NCBI GenBank assembly: GCA_907165135.1
Contig: OU015566.1
Span: forward strand, 8,432,001 to 8,496,000
Reading direction: 5' to 3'
Length of the DNA stretch: 64,000 nt
DNA from: Oikopleura dioica
Lineage: Eukaryota; Animalia; Chordata
Shown: positions 1 through 11,632 of the stretch, piece by piece
Layout: the number at the start of each line of letters is the position of its first letter
How positions within the stretch are numbered: the stretch's first letter is position 1
Notes under the pieces: generated by a model
Told to the model about the DNA's origin: nothing
Seen by the model: only the letters and a program-made list of their open reading frames with translations
Databases searched by the model: none
Translations under genes and position numbers: made by a program

Positions 1-390
1 TAGCCAGGATCACCCTTGGTCTTACTGTCAGGATCAATATTTTCCGTCAATATTCCAATTATAAGATTGACCATTTGATAAAACTGTCCCTATTGATGAC
101 AACGTTTGTGACGAGACCCAGGGGATCGGCTTTAATCAAATTAAAATAAAACAAAGGCTTGGGTTCAAGTCGATTGATAGCCTTTACTGACTTCCGAATG
201 TCAGTTGCGAATCGTAAGTTTTCGATGTGTCGAACAAGAACTTAATAACGATCAGATATTTTTGGCCGGAATTTTTATATCAAAATGAGGGTCAAGATAG
301 AAGTCGCCTTTCACCCTACAAAACCTGGCAGTTTATCCTAGCATGATCCCGTGGGTTGTACATTCTGACCCATATAATAGGGTCCATATT
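1..390 (-). CDS. Possible 5' part of a spliced minus-strand gene running off the left edge; product unknown
   Basis: Short open segments (VLVRHIENLRFATDIRKSVKAINRLEP; ADPLGLVTNVVINRDSFIKW) separated by short AT-rich intron-like gaps ending in AG; no family recognised. Confidence 0.25.
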
Positions 391-770
391 GGAAGCTGTA
401 AACTATTTATCGAAGTTTGAATATATTGACCAGAAAGGGAGTCGATAAATTTACATGAATTGTCAAAATTAAATTTGGAATAAGTGTTTAGGTATCGATT
501 TTCAACAAAATCGTCATCCTTTGCGTGTGTGTGTATTATTGACGAAGGGAGACTCGCCTGAGGGCGCCGCCTGCATTGCCAAGAGACAGATTCAGAAAAA
601 GGAAAGACTCAAGGAAATCATCTACGAAACACTCGAACTGTATTTGCATCACAACACTACAGTAACTAAAGGCAGACAGAGAGATCTATATATTTCGAAG
701 GAAATCCAAGGGGAGAGAAGAAATCAACGAGGACCACTCGCACTAGAACATAAGACAATCTTTTGAAAAG

Positions 771-2251
771 ATGACGTCCGATCAAGAAGCTATGACTATG
801 CGAGCTAACCAGGTTTGATTTTTTAAAGAATTTTACCCAGATTTTCTTCAAAATCTTTATTCAAATCGAATGATAGTACGACGAAAGATTTTTTTATCAA
901 CCAAAAAATTTCAACAAAGTTCTTTAATCCATTCAAAATAAGACCATAAAACATTCATATTGCTCAACCATATGTTGAACCGACCTTCAAAATAGTTTTC
1001 GATTAAAAATTCATGGAGTAATTCAATATTTTTCAATGGTAACTCTTTCAATATTCAATTAAAGCTCACGGATGAGTCCTTGGACGCAACCAGGAGAATG
1101 GTGGCTCAAATGGAAGAATGTCAGGATTATGGCATCAGAACTCTGGTAGCACTTGATGAGCAGGGCGAACAACTGGAACGTATAGAAGATGGTAAGTGAA
1201 TAATGCTGGAAATCTTACAGTAAGGCCTTTACTGTCTCCCAAAATCTCGATTAGCCTGATTTCATGAAACCGCACTTTGAACTCCTCATTATCCGTCTTT
1301 TCTAAATGCTCTTTCTAGCTATGAATACGGTAAATAAAGACATGCGCGATGCAGAAAAGAACCTGGCTGGTCTGGAGAAATGTTGCGGTCTATGTGCGTG
1401 TCCTTGGCAAAAGGTCAGAATTCGAACTCTTTCGACTTACTAATTTATTATTAATAAAGGGGAAAACACCTCCAAAAGACGACGAATACAAAAGGATCTG
1501 GAAGAAGAATCAGGACGGGAAGGTTGTTTCCAGTCAGCCGATGAATGTTGCTGATGACAGAAATGCGGTAAGTCAACTTTATTTCGACGTACAAGTATAA
1601 GGATACTAAAGTTTTAACATTTGCCAAATTATCGCTATACACCTTGGCGAACGCAGAGATGACACTAGCATTAATAATTCGGCGGGTTCCGTCAGAAGAA
1701 GTGAAAGGAGCACGTCGCACTCATCCTTGTGTCGCTTAATTTATTATTTAGGTAACAATCGGCGGACCGATGATAAAGAGAGTCACCAATGATGCACGCG
1801 AAGATGAGATGGAGGAAAATCTCGGACAGGTTAGTTTCAGAATATGCAGAATTCTTCCTGAACTCAGTGAGTTTTCATGTAATTTTTGATGCATGCTTGA
1901 CAGTGAGCTTTCTCGCATGTCAGCGCGGCAACAGTTTCATTAGCGCGCTCATGTCAATATAAAAGGGGATCGATTTCAACAGTCACCCGAGGTACAATTC
2001 AATTACAGTATCTAAACACACAAGCGGACGTTATGTTTTTCGTTGAACAAGGAAAACGATCCAGGTCGCCTTTATATATCAATATTTAGGTTTCATCATG
2101 CATCAACAACCTGAAACATATGGCCTTGGATATGAACAACGAAATCAACTCGCAAAACGTTACTGTGGAAAGGCTCAACGCGAAGGTGCACAACAACAAC
2201 GACCGTATCAAGGCTGCTAACCAGCGTGCTATTACTCTATTGAACAACTAA
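771..2251 (+). CDS. SNAP25: SNAP-25 t-SNARE, multi-exon
   Basis: Spliced exons give [14 protein letters not shown]|[42 protein letters not shown], the palmitoylation cluster [11 protein letters not shown], and the second SNARE helix [14 protein letters not shown]...[16 protein letters not shown]. Confidence 0.95.
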
Positions 2252-2713
2252 TCTAAACAAAGGGACAATACTTATCTTGACAGTATTAAAACTTGTATAC
2301 TTTATCAGTTCACCAATTTGCCATAACATTCGTATAAGCGTACTTAATGAATCATTCAGTACGAGCAATAGATAGACTCTGAAAGCCTCTCTCAATACGC
2401 GAGATGATATTTTCTCGATAATCGGTATTCAACGTATTACTGTACATATCTTCCTCGATACGTCAACTCGTATTAATGTGCATATAAGATTACTATATGC
2501 ATGCTCCTATCATACTCTGCTTTTTCTTCACATTTATTCATATCAAGTCTTTCTTCAGCTTTTTTATTTGTGAAATATCAGTAAATTATTTGTCAGCAAT
2601 ATTAATAAAAATCTATTTATAAGTTCATATTTTAAACTTATTCATTATTGGGGTCTATGGTCGACTTCTTCTCTTCGGGGGTTCTGTTAACATTTCATGA
2701 AAAATCAATTTCT

Positions 2714-3305
2714 TTAATTTTGAGGCTTTCTCGCAGCACTTCTTGAGAAAATTCGCATGTCTACTAAAGTGAGCTTGATTGACGATGTGAGAGAGGGACC
2801 TCTTTTGATGTGTTTGGCTTTTTGAAGCTTCCTTTCTTCGCTGTCTCGGGCAAAACGTTGTAGCTTCTCGAGATTGTAGCCTTCATTGTTGAAATGTCAA
2901 ATTTCACAAACAAGCGTTGAAGCTTACCCGTAACGCAGTTTCCATATGGGAGGCTTTCCTCTTACGAACGAGCTGATTATCAAGATTAATTAAATAACAA
3001 ATGCGATGCTACTAAAGTACTCGTTCCTAAATATGCCGTCTCGTAGGAGCGTATGTTCTCCTCAAGTCGATCGATATCATCGCGGATGTCCTCCGTTTCC
3101 CCTGAAAATTGCTTGACAAAGCACTTGCTTGTTGTTACCAACTTTCAAGTGACGCTTCTAATTTCTGCGTGTCGATGAGCTTGAGCGATGATCCTTGCTC
3201 ACTCAATTTCAAGGATGCGAATTAACATTCAACAAACTATTCAGTTCTTGAAGAACAAAGTCTCAAGCAAAATTAACGATGCGATCCTTTCACATCCCTA
3301 GTCAT
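2714..3305 (-). CDS. Small spliced gene, Eaf6/MEAF6-like (NuA4/MOZ subunit); exon joins not fully resolved
   Basis: Fragments DIRDDIDRLEENIRSYETAYL, RYG|HFNNEGY and DMRIFSRSA resemble Eaf6 motifs LERQIYAFEGSYL, YGNIIRGW and DRIFSxSS. Confidence 0.5.
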
Positions 3306-4002
3306 AGTCGTAAAAGGCCCAAAATCGTGAAGGTCACCGAAAAACGAGCGCGCTTTCGATTCTCTTTTCTTTTGTCAGTTTTAAATTTGGAATTTCGGCC
3401 TGCGCCGCTCTGCGCGATTGGCGCTGCCCGGATTATCCAGCGCCAAGACGCGCGAGCGCGCTTACTACGACAAGAACATTTATTTCAAATAGCTAGGGCT
3501 TCCACGTCTAAAATTATCTCATTAAAACAGTTCTATCCTTATTTGGACAGATTCCTTTTGTGAAAAGTTATAACACTAATTTCAAAGGCAAAATGCCGTA
3601 GAAGTAGCCATATTTGCTATTTGTAATCAAATAAAAAATGCTTTTATTGCAAATTATTGATTTTGAAAGACATCTACCCCAGGATCCCCAATCTCAATCT
3701 ATCGTCCGTCACATGTTCGTGCGCAGCCGTGAGAAAGGAAGTCACGTTACACAAAAGATAAAAAAAAATCCTTCGTTTGTGAAATTCCGCGCGAGCTACT
3801 CATGTTTGACTGGCTTGGTGCCCTCGACCACCCTAATGTCAATCTTGAGCTACTACTGCTGGCGGGAGCAACTAGCGCGGAATCTCTATCTCTCAAAAAA
3901 CGAACACCGAAAATATTATTTTCTTAGTTTTTGTTCGATTCATGTTATAAACAGGGTGGCGAGAGTTTGCGCGAAAACCAGCGAAAACCTGCATTTGCAA
4001 AA

Positions 4003-5072
4003 ATGAGAGATGATGTTCAGCAGCATAATGACGATTCTGGATACTTGTCAGAAGGGATTATTACTCCACAAAAGAAACATGCACCACTGGTACGTTTACT
4101 TGTGTTACAAGTTGTAAATCGACGTGATATTATGGTACTAAATTGAAATTGTAGGTGCTTTCAACGGAGCGTAAAAACAAATTGAAGCGAAGGTGCGGGT
4201 TTCATAATCGTACGAGTTTAGCATGCCCTTTTCGCATGTTTCTGATAGACGAAGGGCTTTTCGAAACTCTTGAAAGACTTTTCCTATTACCAGAAGAAAA
4301 CTCTGAAGATGCTCTGTTCCCCTCTTCCACTCCATCGAAAATCCTCAAAACAGAATCGCTGCCACAAACGATTTCAGTGGCAAACTCGAAAGAGATTCCA
4401 AAAGTCGACGTTCAAAAGTCTCCGACAAAAGAAGCTCCTAAAGAACGGACCCTTGCCGACGACTTGGAGAGCATCACGAAGGTCTTCAAGAAGCTCAAAG
4501 AGGCCCAGGCAAAGAAGAGAAGCATCAACAGACTTTCTGATTGCCCGCTGCGAAGTCCGATGAAATTTACGAAGCTCCGGCCTTTTTTGGTTAAGCTCAA
4601 TGTGAGTTTGAATTTCTAAATATTTTTATTTTTGGGAGTTCTTTTGTTGTTTCAGGAAATCAACAAAGACACCGTTAGATCCCTATTTGATCAGAGTCAA
4701 CAATAATTACAGAATCTCTTCAAAATAAAGCCCTAAATTTACGCGGTTATATTCAGAATCAAATTGTCAGCATTGTCAGCAGAATGTTGAAGGAAAAGAA
4801 ATATGGAAGCGCTCTTGAATTTTGCCTCGCAAGTTGGACTCTTGCTGAGAAAATTCCAAGAGAATGGAACGACGAAATCATGGAAGAAATCGCCTGTGCA
4901 CCGATGGACTCGATTGTGGATTCGATAGCGAAGATATCGAAAGAAATCGTTCTTTCAGAAGAGAACTTAGTGAGGTAAGAATAAAAATTTTATTGAAATA
5001 AATAAAACTTATTTTAGACTCAAGAAACTGCCAAAATACAAAAACTTCATCGCTGAAACACTATCTCTTTGA
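4003..5072 (+). CDS. Hypothetical multi-exon protein, first of a + strand operon-like run
   Basis: Open exons (ORFs 4155-4619, 4784-4978) bounded by GT/AG sites; no family recognised. Confidence 0.55.
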
Positions 5073-5276
5073 AAAAGCTTCAAAATAAAAATAAATTCAC
5101 AACCTTCAAGTTTCACGGGAATAAAAATTCAATTGAATTTCGCGCAAAATCGCAGAGCGTTGATTGGGCCAGAATTTTCTCCAGATCGAACCACTTTTTG
5201 AGAGAAAGAAAGAAAAAAATATGGAAGAATGAACTAATCGCTTTACAATTCAAATTCTGGAAAATAAGAAGAAAGA

Positions 5277-6086
5277 ATGGGATTCGATTTTGCGCTGGTT
5301 ATTGACTTTGAAGCATCGTGTTATGGTCCGGGAGATATTCCTCCGAAAGGATGGAAGGTTTTGGTGCAATATTTTACAAGTTAATGAATTTTTCTTTAGC
5401 ATGAACTTTTTTTGCACCAAATTTCTTGTCAGAAATCACAGAATTCCCCGCTGTTCTCGTAAACTTATCAACTGGAGAAAACGTGGCCGAATTTCATGAA
5501 TTCGTTCGCCCAACAGAACATCCAGAACTCACGGATTTCTGCAAGAAACTCACACATTTGGAAAAAAAAGATTTGTCAGTTGAAAAGTCGCTGCAAGAAG
5601 TAATGGTAGACTTTGCTCTTTGGGCAAGAGATGTTCAAAGGGAACATGATTTGTATTTCTACACACCGAAAGGTAATGAAAAATACATCGAAAATGCTAA
5701 AAGTATATTCAGATGTAAAAGTAAACAAAGATTCTACGAAAAGAATCTGCTGTATCTGCACCTGGACAGACTGGGACATTTCAACTCAACTTTTAAACGA
5801 AACGAAACGCAAAAAGATCGAAATTCCTGAAATCCTCAAATCTTGGGTCGATCTGCGTTCTGTTTCCCGAGTCTACTTACAATCAGTAAAGAAGAAAATG
5901 GGGCATATTCCCGTGCTTCGAAAGCTCTTCAAAGTTTTGAAAATGGACTGGGAAGGAAAGCATCATTCGGGAATCGACGATGCTAGAAATACGGCGAGGT
6001 TGACGGTCAAAATGGCCGCGAATTTGAAGATAACGCGAACCCTTGGAGTTGTTGGGAGAATCGCTGGAGATCCGTATAGATTCTAA
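5277..6086 (+). CDS. ERI1/2/3-family DEDDh 3'-5' exoribonuclease
   Basis: ExoI VIDFEASC, EITEFPAV, FHEFVRPTEHPELTDFCKKLT, ExoII TWTDWD, ExoIII WEGKHHSGIDDARNTARL. Confidence 0.9.
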
Positions 6087-6195
6087 ATAATTTGACACTG
6101 CTTGATTTCCTCACTTACTTTTGCAAATAAACATTTACCAGTTTCCATCCTGACAAAAAGTTGAATTCATGAAACTGAGTTGATGCGTCCCTAGA

Positions 6196-6744
6196 ATGCG
6201 TTTTTCCATTCCAGGAAAATTACGGCACTCGATTCGGCTCGCCAGTTCCTCGGGTAGTTCTTCGATCAAGCCCGGGACGAAGCTGCGCGATTGGAGCGGC
6301 AGATTTATTCTCAGCGCTCTTGCTGGCTTCTATTCCTATGAATTGTATCATTTCTCCATCTCGAAGAGTGAAATGGAGTGTCCCTACAGAATGCCGGATT
6401 TGGCAGAGTATATTATCACTAATTCGTCGGTTGATTGGGGAAAGATTGTTTATAAAACGGATGGGAGCTTTGGACAGCGAAGGAAAGTCTCTCAAATTAT
6501 GTGATTACAATTTGAGATTTCATATAAGAATATCTCATTTTGAGTTCTCTAAAAGTCCTTTAAATCCCGACGAGCAAGAACTCTTCCATTCCGTTACCTC
6601 AAAAATAAAGTCTCGTTTGGCAGAAGTCTACCCAAATCGCGACATTATCTTCGTCCCGACGTTTATGGGAAATAAACCTGAAGAAAACGTCGACATCTTC
6701 GATTTATTCGTCATTTTTGACCCTCAAAATTACAAGTCCGATGT
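6196..6744 (+). pseudogene. 5' half of a host gene (unknown product, basic N-terminus plus hydrophobic segment) interrupted by the YR retrotransposon
   Basis: Exon 6196-6482, GA-AG intron 6483-6555, exon from 6556 reading SPLNPDEQELF...PQNYKSDV up to the insertion point. Confidence 0.7.
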
Positions 6745-6789
6745 AATCATAAAAGACGAAAAATCAATAGATGCAAATATAAGCGCAAG
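6745..6789 (-). repeat. Terminal repeat B2 (45 bp)
   Basis: Identical to 7207-7251 (aatcataaaagacg...ataagcgcaag). Confidence 0.9.
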
Positions 6790-6961
6790 CGTAACGTCTT
6801 CTATGATATGTACGGGTACCGTATGTGGCAGGAAGCAGACCTAACCACCGGTGAAAGAGATACTGGTTTGCAGGACCAGGGAGGTCGGACTGGAATCTGA
6901 CTCGGGGTCACCCCCATGACACACCCGGGACAGAACGCCCTGGGGGACGGAGGGAGGGGTC

Positions 6962-7206
6962 GCTAGAATAAAATAAAATTAAAAAGCTAAGCTACGGTGG
7001 TCGTATCGGATAAATCCGAGAAATCGGCCTCACCGAGCGTGCTTTTTACGCGAATGAGATTTTCGACTCGCGCCGCGCCCACGGGCACAACAATTCTAGA
7101 GACAAAACTGCAAAACATGGGTGTCGCGCACTAAGCGTCACCTTCCCAGGATCTCAACAACAACGAGGCTTGCAACATTTGGTCACCCAGATTTTTGGTC
7201 AGGTCT
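6962..7206 (-). repeat. Internal copy A2 of the 245-bp terminal repeat
   Basis: Identical by eye to 24825-25069. Confidence 0.97.
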
Positions 7207-7251
7207 AATCATAAAAGACGAAAAATCAATAGATGCAAATATAAGCGCAAG
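7207..7251 (-). repeat. Internal repeat B1 (45 bp), abutting A2 to form the predicted circle-junction sequence
   Basis: Identical to 6745-6789; directly contiguous with A2. Confidence 0.9.
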
Positions 7252-7861
7252 ACTTCACTACTTCTATCACTTATTGATACATCGTACTCAGTTGTCGGCC
7301 GGCCGGGAAAAGATGGAATGAAGTCGGAATTACCGGTATCCTTCCTTGTTTCCACGGGCGGACTTGGCACGGAGACTAGGCTCTACATGCTAGCAGCCCA
7401 ACTCTGAAGTTATCAGAGCGGGAGGGGATCTTTTCCATGCGCTGGTTTACACCAACTACGCTTTCGCTGGTTTACACTAGCATACATGAACAAGATATTC
7501 GAGTAGAGCTGCGCATTAACACGCGATCAAACCTAGATAAACCACCTCACTCATATAACCTGCTAGGTCAAAAAAAGAAAAAGGTCTGCTTGGTTATTTC
7601 GGCGATATACTGTACACGAATTGGGGCGTTTAAGCTTGCTGCAGATAAAAAGGATGAATCCTGCAAGGAGCATGCATAAAACAAAAGCTGGTCCCGTGTT
7701 AGCACACTGGCGGACCTGGTCAGTCAAATAGCAATACAAAAAGTATATTCTGAATAAAACTGGATGGCAGGACAGAGACAGCAAGGTTGCAGTCAGTCAT
7801 AGAAAAAGGAGCTGCGTCGGAAAGTTGGTTCATCCTCAGCACTTGACTCTAGCCGCTAGAC

Positions 7862-9889
7862 TCACTGAAAGAATGGAGTAAGGGGCATAGGGCTCGCTAG
7901 GCTTCTCAAGTACCTCGAAAAGGGATCGTCGTTGAGATAGGCCATCCGTCGTTTGATGAAGTCTGGTAAGACTCTTCGTTCGGAGTTAGTTGGAGTTGGC
8001 GACTCCATCGATTGTGAGGCAACTGAGGTTTCCCTCAGAGCGCGGCATTTAGCGCAACAGGTACACTGCTGGTTGCTTACTATTGAGACTTTGGCTGTCT
8101 CCATCGGCGAAGGTTTCCCTACCCGATTCGGCAATGAAGAGGGCGGTTGAGCCGTCTGAAGAGTTGTGAGCACCGTCGTATGGTCCTGGATAGAGACGGT
8201 TGATTGAAACTCTGTGGGAGGAGCCATATGATCTTGACTAGAGGATACTCCAGTCGGGTTAGCGCTCTCTACAGAGGAATTAGGACGGTTGGGGAGACCC
8301 TTCCTTTGCTTAGGTGCATTAGCTAGCGGGATACCCTGCTGCGCCACATGATTAGAGTGCAACTCTTTTACAGTTCTGGCGTACCAGTTAGCATCAGAGA
8401 GAACTCTTGATCCCACTTCGGGGGAAACAAAGTCAGTTTTCACTGCAGACAGAGCTGGAGGGGCAGTTCCCTGCGGGCCGTTGTACAGTGAGTCTACCAG
8501 AGCTTTAGCTACCAGCGCCGGGGCTCCGATTTCTGATTCTTCCATGTTTAGGGCTCTGTAACGATGGAACATCCTTGAGTCCGGGGCCCATCTGTACATA
8601 ATTTCCAGGTCTAGCTTGGGGATGCCCGCTGCAATGCCCATTGTGATAGCAGATGTTCTGCCTGAGTGTCCAGAGGGGACTCTGGCCCAGCCGAGTTCTT
8701 TCGAAGCCCGGCTGTAATGGTAGCACAAAATGCGACGGTTTCTGCAGTGGAGGAAGACTTTCCCTTCCTCCCTCGCACCCAGGATTTCGTATAACAGAGC
8801 CTTGAAGTTAATCGGGCAGTTGCTTGGGAAGAACATCGTCAGGCGTTCTGGGATGTTTTTGAAGACATTCGTCTTGCTTTCCCTAATCGGCATCACAATG
8901 GCGTTACCCTGGATTGACTCGTATAGATCTTCAATCCACAGCTTTCCCACCTCGATTGCTCGAGCGCCTGTGAAAAACGTGATTGCGCTATAAAGCGCCG
9001 CCTCTCTTCTGACAGGTTTCCCTGAGTTCAAGAGGTGGGCCCAGAGTGCTACCATGTCACTCAATCGAAATCTCTCCGCCTGGGAGGGCTCGTATAGCTT
9101 TTTGCTTGATAGAGTTTTCGCTCTCGCCTTGGCCCATTTCATGATGTCGTTTGAGCACGTCTTGGGCAACCGGGAGTCGCTTTCTCTTTCCAGAGCAGCT
9201 CTAATTACTAGGTACCAATGTAGGTATCTATTCGGTCTATTAGGCGGGCATACGTATTTGTCGATCCAAGCCAGAAAGGCTGTCGTAATTTCGTCAAAGG
9301 TTTTCCCTCTGTTGAGCTCCACCATGTTAGATGCTGCCACGCGTATATGGGCATCAGTCCACACTGATTCCGAGCACACGCTGTCATCGTCGTCGTCTAA
9401 GACCGGGTCTTCACCCAGTACTTCTTCAAACCAATCTTTTTCTTCCTCATTGGGCGTAGGTGCTCGCTTCGGTTTCTTTGAAGCGGGTTTCTTTCTTTTC
9501 TTCGATTTATCCGGCGCCGTGCACGTTTCCTTGGCTAAAGGAGCGCTGTTTTGTGTGGTGTCGGCCGACAATGACGCAGGCGAAGATGCTTCTCTCTTCT
9601 TCGGGTTGCCCCGTATTGGGAGGAGGCTCTCCAACGGTGGTTGCAGCGGAGGATCTTTACCGTCGATCCGGCGCGATCTTCTCTTTTCTTTCGGCTGAGG
9701 GGGCGGAGTAGTAATTGGCGAGGGCGAAGCTGGTCGCCGTTGAGGCAAGACGTCGCTACCCTTGGGTTCTCCCCATCCGTGGGTTTGCGTCGTTGCTCTA
9801 CCGCTCGTCTTGCGTGAGTTTAACTTCGAGCGAATCACTTTCTGAAACATATGAATTTGTGAGCAAAGCCATAGAATTTTGCAGGTCAT
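7862..9889 (-). CDS. Tyrosine recombinase (YR) of the retroelement; true start uncertain
   Basis: Catalytic set intact: FFTGARAIEV (R), RESKTN (K), GHSGRTSA (HxxR), YRWAPDSRMFHRY (W, Y); long low-complexity N- and C-terminal extensions. Confidence 0.92.
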   Translation of the reverse strand: MTCKILWLCSQIHMFQKVIRSKLNSRKTSGRATTQTHGWGEPKGSDVLPQRRPASPSPITTPPPQPKEKRRSRRIDGKDPPLQPPLESLLPIRGNPKKREASSPASLSADTTQNSAPLAKETCTAPDKSKKRKKPASKKPKRAPTPNEEEKDWFEEVLGEDPVLDDDDDSVCSESVWTDAHIRVAASNMVELNRGKTFDEITTAFLAWIDKYVCPPNRPNRYLHWYLVIRAALERESDSRLPKTCSNDIMKWAKARAKTLSSKKLYEPSQAERFRLSDMVALWAHLLNSGKPVRREAALYSAITFFTGARAIEVGKLWIEDLYESIQGNAIVMPIRESKTNVFKNIPERLTMFFPSNCPINFKALLYEILGAREEGKVFLHCRNRRILCYHYSRASKELGWARVPSGHSGRTSAITMGIAAGIPKLDLEIMYRWAPDSRMFHRYRALNMEESEIGAPALVAKALVDSLYNGPQGTAPPALSAVKTDFVSPEVGSRVLSDANWYARTVKELHSNHVAQQGIPLANAPKQRKGLPNRPNSSVESANPTGVSSSQDHMAPPTEFQSTVSIQDHTTVLTTLQTAQPPSSLPNRVGKPSPMETAKVSIVSNQQCTCCAKCRALRETSVASQSMESPTPTNSERRVLPDFIKRRMAYLNDDPFSRYLRSLASPMPLTPFFQ

Positions 9890-10115
9890 GTTTAAGATGA
9901 ACAGAAAGTTCCAGAATAATTATACTTTGAACAGGCGGAAGTTACAGAAAGATAAATGAATCCCTTCTCAACCGGCTGCCCGGTGAGCCCTGGGTATATT
10001 TCGGGTAATAATATTTACAAGTTTTCGATCATTGCTGATCCTATTCGAAAGTTACCTTTCGCTGGGGTGGTGGAATGAAGGTTTCCCTTCTTTCAATCAG
10101 AAACTAAGCGCTGAA

Positions 10116-11471
10116 TCAGGGCTCCTTTTTGGGTTCCTGTTTTGGAGGGCCTCTTGGCTCGTTTTGTTTCTGCTTTTTGAACTGGTTGTTCTGGTTTTGG
10201 TTATTGGCGTTTCCGCCCTGACCCTTGTTGTTAGGGTTGGGTCTTTTGTTGGGGTTTTGGTTCTGGTTTCCACCATTCTGGTTCCCCTTGTTGTTGTTGG
10301 AGTTTCCTCCACCTTGCTGGCCCTTTTTCTGCTGCGATCTCCCGCCTCTATTACGCTGGTTGCCATTTTGCGTGGCCTTCTTCAACTCGGCCTCGTTGTT
10401 GGCTTGGGTTTTCTTGTAGTTAATGAGCCAGCGCTTTTCCTCCGCTGTCGCCTTGTTGAATCTGAGGCGCTCAGTAACTGACTTGACCCGCTTCTGATCA
10501 GCATGGGTGTGAGTGCGGTATTCTTCGTCTTCACGAAGTACAGAGTCGAGGGGCAGTTGGAACTTCCTGAGGTTGTTCTCATTGTCGGCGAGTTGGTGGA
10601 AGTTTTTATCGAACTCGTCTTGGCATTCCTGTGTAAACAGGGAATAACAGAGTCTGGAGAAATCCAGTCTAGAGAGCGTTTCATCGTTCAGCTTCTCTTG
10701 AATCTTCATAATGATGAGGCGGTCGTCAACCAATTCCAGTGGGGTGACTCGAAGGAGCTCGCTTATGATCGGCGCCACGTCGTTCTTATCCAAGTTGACC
10801 AAGGCTTTCACCGAGGCGAACTTCTGGTAGAATTCCTGGCCCACTTCTTCCAGGTTGCGGTGGACTGTCATCTTCAAACCGGTCGTCCTTCTTTGGATGA
10901 GGTAGTATGTGTCGCCTTCACGACACGCCGTTTTGATTTTAAGGCGTTCCGCCTTCTCCTGGACTTCTTTATCGAGGGCTTTAACCCGATCTTCCAGGGA
11001 CAATTTGACTGCTTCGTAGCTGTCACTTTCGGTTTTGGTGGTTTGCACCTCCTTGTTGATCTTTTCTTTCGAGTGGGAGTTGAGGAATCTCTCCTCATCG
11101 ATGCCGGCTTGGCCTTTTGGGGTCGCCCCCGTCTCTTTATTCATTAGAGCCGTGTTGTAAAGAAGCTGGAGGGTCCGAGCTTCCTGTGCTTTAAGCTTTA
11201 GATGGTCTAGGATAGGAACCATTTGTTTCAGCTCGTTTTGAGTCCTCTTCCTCTCCTTGAGCAAGGGACCAAGTATGGGGTGACCCAAATTCTCCGCTAT
11301 AACACGTAATGCCGTGCGCTTGTCCACCGCTTGTTTGCTCGAAGACAAATCGAACTTCTCTCTGATGGCTGCGAAAGAAGTGTCTTTTCCTTTCTCCTTC
11401 TTTCTTAGCGCGACGGGGGCCATGACGGTTAGGTTAGAATCCAAATCGTTGTCTACATCAAGGGAACTCAT
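10116..11471 (-). CDS. Element ORF5, 451 aa orphan: helical/coiled-coil body with a basic N/Q/G-rich tail (possible Gag analogue)
   Basis: First ATG at 11471 directly follows ctaac...cccttcgtttttAG|t; tail NGNQRNRGGRSQQKKGQQGGGNSNNNKG... Confidence 0.75.
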   Translation of the reverse strand: MSSLDVDNDLDSNLTVMAPVALRKKEKGKDTSFAAIREKFDLSSSKQAVDKRTALRVIAENLGHPILGPLLKERKRTQNELKQMVPILDHLKLKAQEARTLQLLYNTALMNKETGATPKGQAGIDEERFLNSHSKEKINKEVQTTKTESDSYEAVKLSLEDRVKALDKEVQEKAERLKIKTACREGDTYYLIQRRTTGLKMTVHRNLEEVGQEFYQKFASVKALVNLDKNDVAPIISELLRVTPLELVDDRLIIMKIQEKLNDETLSRLDFSRLCYSLFTQECQDEFDKNFHQLADNENNLRKFQLPLDSVLREDEEYRTHTHADQKRVKSVTERLRFNKATAEEKRWLINYKKTQANNEAELKKATQNGNQRNRGGRSQQKKGQQGGGNSNNNKGNQNGGNQNQNPNKRPNPNNKGQGGNANNQNQNNQFKKQKQNEPRGPPKQEPKKEP

Positions 11472-11632
11472 ACTAAAAACGAAGGGAGTTAGAAGCGTGG
11501 CAACACAAAGTCTGTCGGTGTAATTAAGAAATTCTGCGCCGCAGACGAACGAATGAAGTACAGAAAGTAAGGCATAAAGCAGAGGAGAGTTTTTTGCCGA
11601 CGGCTTCATCTTCTCTGACAGCGTTAGCTGAC

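Noticed and set aside
6483-6555. Non-canonical GA-AG intron
   Set aside because: Real and useful for identifying the organism, but an established feature of O. dioica rather than a novelty
6745-6789. 45-bp duplication as a host target-site duplication
   Set aside because: It is also in frame with the host gene, but its second copy is internal and abuts A2 rather than flanking the far end. That fits a split-repeat B element, and YR elements do not make TSDs. Not fully excluded without the empty allele.
6790-7206. Penelope-type pseudo-LTR with a hammerhead ribozyme
   Set aside because: No CUGAnGA...GAAA core found on either strand and no GIY-YIG endonuclease; the RT and YR are DIRS-type
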